A stretch of DNA of 36,998 nt from Candidatus Portnoybacteria bacterium CG_4_9_14_3_um_filter_43_11 (GTDB lineage: Bacteria > Patescibacteriota > Minisyncoccia > Portnoybacterales > UBA2143). A program made the position numbers and the translations under genes. The stretch spans positions 1 through 36,998 of the forward strand of contig PFWG01000009.1 of assembly GCA_002791035.1 (NCBI GenBank). The letters are read 5' to 3'. The notes beneath the pieces were generated by a model. The model had not been told where the DNA came from, did no database searches, and was given only the letters and a program-made list of their open reading frames with translations. Below, piece after piece: positions 33,348 to 36,998 of the stretch. Position 1 is the stretch's first letter, and each line of letters begins with the position of its first letter.

Positions 33348-34167
33348 CGGCAGAAAAAGAGCGGATGAAATTCTGGCGGGGCTGAAAAAAGAGATTAAGG
33401 ATAAAAACCTCAGGCCCGGCTTGGGGATTATTTTGGTCGGCGCCGAGCCGTCTTCTTGTCTCTATGTCAAGGTTAAAGAAACCGCCGCTAAAAAAATCGG
33501 CGTTAGAGTCAGAAAACAAATTTTATCCGGCCGGGCGCCGGAAAGCGAAATTTTAGAAGTTATTGAATCATTCAACCGGGATGCTCAAATTGACGGGATT
33601 TTGGTCCAATTGCCTTTGCCGAAAGAAATTCCAACCGATAAAATTATCCGTTCAATTGAGCCCAACAAAGACGTGGACGGGTTTTTGCCCGAAAGCCGGT
33701 TTGATTCGCCGTTTATCGCCGCTATCTGGCAGGCGCTAAAAGTAAGCGGAGAGAATCTAAAAGGCAAGAAGATATTGGCTTTGGTCAAATCGGATATTTT
33801 CGGCCAACGCTTAACCGGATTTTTAAGCAGAAAGGGTCTTTGTTGCGACTATACCATTTGCCAAAAACCGCAGGATTGTCCAGCCGCTTTAAAAATTGCC
33901 GATATTGTTATTACCGCTCTGGGCCAGCCAGGATTTATTAACGCCGCCATGGTCAATGATGGCGCTGTTCTGATTGACGGCGGGACAACCCGCCAGGGCG
34001 ATAAAACCATTGGCGATATTGACGCTGAAAGTGTTAGCCGGAAAGCCAAATGGCTGGCGCCGTCGCCGGGCGGAGTCGGGCCAATCACGGTGGCGCTTCT
34101 GCTTAGAAACGTCGTCTTGGCTTGCCCCCTTGGGGCTGGCAGAAAAAGAGCGGCTGGGGTAAAATAA
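33334..34167 (+). CDS. folD: Bifunctional methylene-THF dehydrogenase / methenyl-THF cyclohydrolase
   Basis: Contains GLGIILVGAEPSSCLYVKVKETAAKKIG, IDGILVQLPLP, NKDVDGF and SPGGVGPITVALLLRN. It overlaps the glyA end by 14 nt. Confidence 0.93.
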   Translation: MKIIDGRKRADEILAGLKKEIKDKNLRPGLGIILVGAEPSSCLYVKVKETAAKKIGVRVRKQILSGRAPESEILEVIESFNRDAQIDGILVQLPLPKEIPTDKIIRSIEPNKDVDGFLPESRFDSPFIAAIWQALKVSGENLKGKKILALVKSDIFGQRLTGFLSRKGLCCDYTICQKPQDCPAALKIADIVITALGQPGFINAAMVNDGAVLIDGGTTRQGDKTIGDIDAESVSRKAKWLAPSPGGVGPITVALLLRNVVLACPLGAGRKRAAGVK

Positions 34168-34171
34168 TCCT

Positions 34172-35650
34172 ATGTCCAATTATCAGCCAGTGATTGGCTT
34201 GGAAATCCATAGTGAGTTGAAAACGCAGAGTAAAATGTTCTGCGATTGTTTGAATCAGTCGGGAATAAAAGGGCCCAACGTCAATATTTGTCCGATTTGT
34301 TTGGGGCATCCCGGGACTTTGCCGGCGATAAACAGAACCGCGGTTGAATTAGTCGTCAAAGCCGGCCTGGCGCTGAACTGCGCGATTGCCAAGTCGGCCA
34401 AGTTTGACCGGAAAAACTATTTTTATCCCGATTTACCCAAGGGTTACCAGATATCCCAGTATAATTTGCCGCTGGCGCTGGGCGGCTGGTTGGATATCAA
34501 CGGCAAAAAAATCCGGCTGACCCGGATTCATTTGGAAGAAGACGCCGGCAAACTGATTCATCCCAAAGGGACGAGTCCCAAAAACGCCAGACATTCTTTA
34601 GTTGACTTCAACCGCGCCGGCGTTCCTTTGATGGAACTGGTTACCGAACCCGATATTTCTTCCGGCGAAGAAGCCGGAAAATTCTGCGAAGAATTGCAAT
34701 TGATTTTGCGCTATTTGGAAATTTCCGAAGCCAATATGGAAAAAGGGCAAATGCGGTGCGAAGTCAATATCTCCCTTCGGCCAGCCGAGGAAAAAAAGAA
34801 ACTCGGGACGAAAGTTGAAATTAAAAATCTTAACTCTTTCCGCGCTGTCCGGCGGGCGATTGAATACGAAATCAAGCGGCAATCGGACTTATTGGAATCG
34901 GTGCATAAGGTTGTTCATGAGACCAGGGGATGGGACGAAGACAAGCAAAAGACGTTTTCCCAGAGAAGCAAAGAGCAGGCGCAGGACTACCGCTATTTTC
35001 CCGAGCCGGATTTGCCGCCATTGGGCAATCTGGTCGAGATGAGCGGCGAACTGGCAAAAGAAATTCCGGAACTGCCGCTAGCCAAAAGAGAAAGGTTTGT
35101 CGAGGAATACAAATTGCCAGTTAACGACATCGCCACGCTGACGGCCAACAAGGGCCTAGCCGATTACTTTGAGCAGGTAGTTTCAGAACTGGACACTTGG
35201 CTCAAGATTAAGTCAATTAAAGACAAGGATAAGTTGGTTAAATTGACCGCCAACTATCTTTTAACCGAGCTGCAAAAATTAATGCTGTCGCGCAAAACCG
35301 GCATCAACAAATGCCAGATCAGCCCGGAAAATTTTGCCGAGTTTATTACCATGATTGAACGAAAAGAGATTTCCAGCTCGGCGGCGCAAGCGGTTTTGAA
35401 AGAAATGTTTGACACCGGCGCCGACCCGTCTCATGTGGTGGAGGAAAAGCAGTTGACGCAGGTAAGCGGTAGAGACGAGTTGAGCAAAATAGTCAAACGG
35501 GTTGTCGGCGAAAACCAAAAATCGGTCAATGACTACAAAGCCGGCAAGGGAAACGCCCTGCAGTATTTAGTCGGCCAAACAATGAAGGCCAGTCAAGGGA
35601 AAGCCAATCCGGAAGTCGTCCGCGAAATATTAATGGAGATGCTGAGATAG
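34172..35650 (+). CDS. gatB: Glu/Asp-tRNA amidotransferase subunit B
   Basis: Contains VIGLEIHSELKTQSKMFC, CPICLGHPGTLP, FDRKNYFYPDLPKGYQISQY, HLEEDAGK, RCEVNISLR, a YqeY-like tail and LVGQTMKASQGKANP. Confidence 0.95.
   Translation: MSNYQPVIGLEIHSELKTQSKMFCDCLNQSGIKGPNVNICPICLGHPGTLPAINRTAVELVVKAGLALNCAIAKSAKFDRKNYFYPDLPKGYQISQYNLPLALGGWLDINGKKIRLTRIHLEEDAGKLIHPKGTSPKNARHSLVDFNRAGVPLMELVTEPDISSGEEAGKFCEELQLILRYLEISEANMEKGQMRCEVNISLRPAEEKKKLGTKVEIKNLNSFRAVRRAIEYEIKRQSDLLESVHKVVHETRGWDEDKQKTFSQRSKEQAQDYRYFPEPDLPPLGNLVEMSGELAKEIPELPLAKRERFVEEYKLPVNDIATLTANKGLADYFEQVVSELDTWLKIKSIKDKDKLVKLTANYLLTELQKLMLSRKTGINKCQISPENFAEFITMIERKEISSSAAQAVLKEMFDTGADPSHVVEEKQLTQVSGRDELSKIVKRVVGENQKSVNDYKAGKGNALQYLVGQTMKASQGKANPEVVREILMEMLR
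35610..35650. repeat. 41-nt perfect direct repeat, left copy (3' end of gatB including its stop)
   Basis: CGGAAGTCGTCCGCGAAATATTAATGGAGATGCTGAGATAG is identical to 36530-36570. Confidence 0.95.
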
Positions 35651-35732
35651 CAGGGCGTGGGAACAGAAATATTAAAAGAAAGGACAGAAGCAATTGTCAA
35701 AAAAGGCGATACAGTTCAAGATACTGTTTTTT

Positions 35733-35752
35733 GCCGGAAGAACTTTTCCGGC
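35733..35752 (+). terminator. 7-bp GC-rich hairpin downstream of gatB (weak terminator candidate)
   Basis: GCCGGAA-gaactt-TTCCGGC is followed only by a weak T-rich stretch. Confidence 0.35.
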
Positions 35753-35762
35753 CATAATTTTC

Positions 35763-35792
35763 TTGACAGGACAAAATCAGTTGTGCTATTCT
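35763..35792 (+). promoter_or_regulatory. Candidate promoter of the secreted-protein cassette (TTGACA ... TGcTATTCT)
   Basis: TTGACA is at 35763-35768, the spacer is 18 nt, and an extended -10 box TGCTATTCT ends at 35792. A strong SD AGGAGG lies 6-7 nt before the ATG at 35871. Confidence 0.45.
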
Positions 35793-35870
35793 TTATGGGT
35801 TAGTTGGCAGAAGCTTGTAGTACCTTTCAAAAATTCAAAAAAGCAGAGGCAAAACTAAAAGGAGGAAAAG

Positions 35871-36452
35871 ATGAAAAAGAGTTTATTGTTTGTTTTTTTT
35901 ACAATCGCTGTTCTGGTTATGTTGGCAGTTACAAGCACGGTTTTCGCTCAATGTACCACAATCCAAGACGGAACGCTTTTAACCTCAGATGGGCGTACCA
36001 TTGTAACTGGCTATGATGAATGGGGCTATAATTATCAAGCCCACATTTTCAACGGAAAATACTGCGATGCCTATCGCGACGCCAGTTGGTGCCAGGGATG
36101 GGCAGACGACGACCTTGAAATGAAGTGGAATGACGCCTGGTTAAGCAACAAGGATTGCGATGGCGATAACCTACTGGACCGGCACTATGGCTTTGATTCA
36201 TATATCGGTTCGGGCGCCTGGCTGACCAACCATCAAAAGGGCGTCTATTTGGATGCCAATGGCAAAAAGCAAAGATGGAGCTATTTTGTCAAAATCGTGG
36301 CAATTCCGGCAGATGGAACTGAGATTGGCCCTGTTATTTGGGGAGAATTTGCTATCATCCAGGAGGTTTACAATGATACCGGCACTGGTGAACATGGGAT
36401 ATTGTATTTAAGCCCATATGGCGCCGGCTTCGGCAGGTTCAGTCCTCATTAA
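35871..36452 (+). CDS. Secreted hypothetical protein (signal peptide, Trp/Asp-rich, 4 Cys in the mature part)
   Basis: The signal peptide is MKKSLLFVFFTIAVLVMLAVTSTVFA|Q. The gene has a strong SD and its own terminator. I recognise no family. Confidence 0.7.
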   Translation: MKKSLLFVFFTIAVLVMLAVTSTVFAQCTTIQDGTLLTSDGRTIVTGYDEWGYNYQAHIFNGKYCDAYRDASWCQGWADDDLEMKWNDAWLSNKDCDGDNLLDRHYGFDSYIGSGAWLTNHQKGVYLDANGKKQRWSYFVKIVAIPADGTEIGPVIWGEFAIIQEVYNDTGTGEHGILYLSPYGAGFGRFSPH

Positions 36453-36480
36453 AAAAAGAAGGAAGAAATTCCAAAAAAAC

Positions 36481-36517
36481 AAAGGCAGGGTCATTATAGT
36501 CCTGCCTTTTTCATTTT
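36481..36517 (+). terminator. Intrinsic terminator of the secreted-protein gene
   Basis: AAAGGCAGG-gtcattatagt-CCTGCCTTT is followed by TTCATTTT. Confidence 0.7.
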
Positions 36518-36529
36518 AAAAACTTCTAA

Positions 36530-36570
36530 CGGAAGTCGTCCGCGAAATATTAATGGAGATGCTGAGATAG
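36530..36570. repeat. 41-nt perfect direct repeat, right copy (contains the stop and last codons of miaA on the minus strand)
   Basis: Identical to 35610-35650. The miaA stop codon (36550-36552, minus strand) lies inside it. Confidence 0.95.
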
Positions 36571-36998
36571 TAGTTTTACGGCTTGAGAGTAGTTTTTCAC
36601 CCAGTGGATCCTCTTATCCCGCTTGAACCAAGTCATTTGGCGGCGGGCGTATTGAAGAGTGTGAAGAGAAATCAGTTCTCTGGTTTTTTCCAGAGTTGTT
36701 TTTTTGTCTAAATAAAAAATAATTTCTTTATAACCGATGCCGCTCATTGCGGGAAGATTGGCGCTATATCTTTCTAATAATTTTCCGACTTCTTTAACCA
36801 GTCCTGCTTCAAACATTTTTTCCGTTCTGCCGGTAATTCCTTTTTTAATTTCATCCAAGCCAACTTTTAGGCCGATCTGTAAGGCGTCAAACATCGGCCG
36901 GCCTTTTTTTCTTTGCTCGGAAAACGGCTTTTTGGTCAAAAGACAGACCTCCAGGGCGCGGACGAGCCGCCGCTGGTTATTTTGGTCAATTTTTTGGG
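36550..36998 (-). CDS. miaA: tRNA dimethylallyltransferase, C-terminal part (5' end beyond the window)
   Basis: The reading frame is open to the window edge (…QRRLVRALEVCLLTKKPFSE…), with GIGYKEII and TLQYARRQMTWFKRD typical of MiaA. The ORF-track M at 36939 is an internal TTG. Confidence 0.85.
   Translation of the reverse strand, partial: QKIDQNNQRRLVRALEVCLLTKKPFSEQRKKGRPMFDALQIGLKVGLDEIKKGITGRTEKMFEAGLVKEVGKLLERYSANLPAMSGIGYKEIIFYLDKKTTLEKTRELISLHTLQYARRQMTWFKRDKRIHWVKNYSQAVKLLSQHLH

Overview
This window looks like a chromosomal segment of a small-genome bacterium, most consistent with a Candidate Phyla Radiation / Patescibacteria (Parcubacteria-like) organism. This assignment is inferred from gene content: the spc-operon tail L18-S5-L15-secY-adk-map has no L30 gene, rplK is not followed by rplA, and thrS and pheT lack accessory domains. 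The backbone is housekeeping: thrS, a type IV pilin-like gene, dnaE, ligA, gatCA, a KamA-family radical SAM gene, pheS/pheT, gyrB, secE-nusG-rplK, dcd-glyA-folD-gatB and a partial miaA. Selfish and accessory DNA is layered on this backbone. (1) dnaE is split into two ORFs by a free-standing LAGLIDADG endonuclease gene. The downstream half also carries a 376-aa intein whose nuclease domain looks PD-(D/E)XK-like rather than LAGLIDADG or HNH. (2) An initiator tRNA gene is interrupted by a 206-nt group I intron. It lies beside an HTH-LAGLIDADG-like ORF, two further tRNAs and an AT-rich type II R-M island. (3) An AT-rich block replaces the 3' half of pheS and inserts an unannotated 50-codon ORF plus an RRE-radical SAM-SPASM/twitch-like enzyme between pheS and pheT. 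This RiPP-like pair is my best candidate for an undescribed system. (4) Where rplA would be expected there is a thymidylate-type cassette: a dCMP deaminase frameshifted at a G6 run, a divergent ThyA-family enzyme and a small Cys-rich ORF. (5) An 879-bp self-contained secreted-protein cassette sits between perfect 41-nt direct repeats that regenerate the overlapping 3' ends of gatB and miaA. I also see TATAAT boxes 6-7 nt upstream of three start codons, suggesting leaderless mRNAs, and a 49-nt palindromic repeat present twice. No rRNA genes, CRISPR arrays or transposase genes were seen. All coordinates and motifs were read by hand, and no database search or computation was run.
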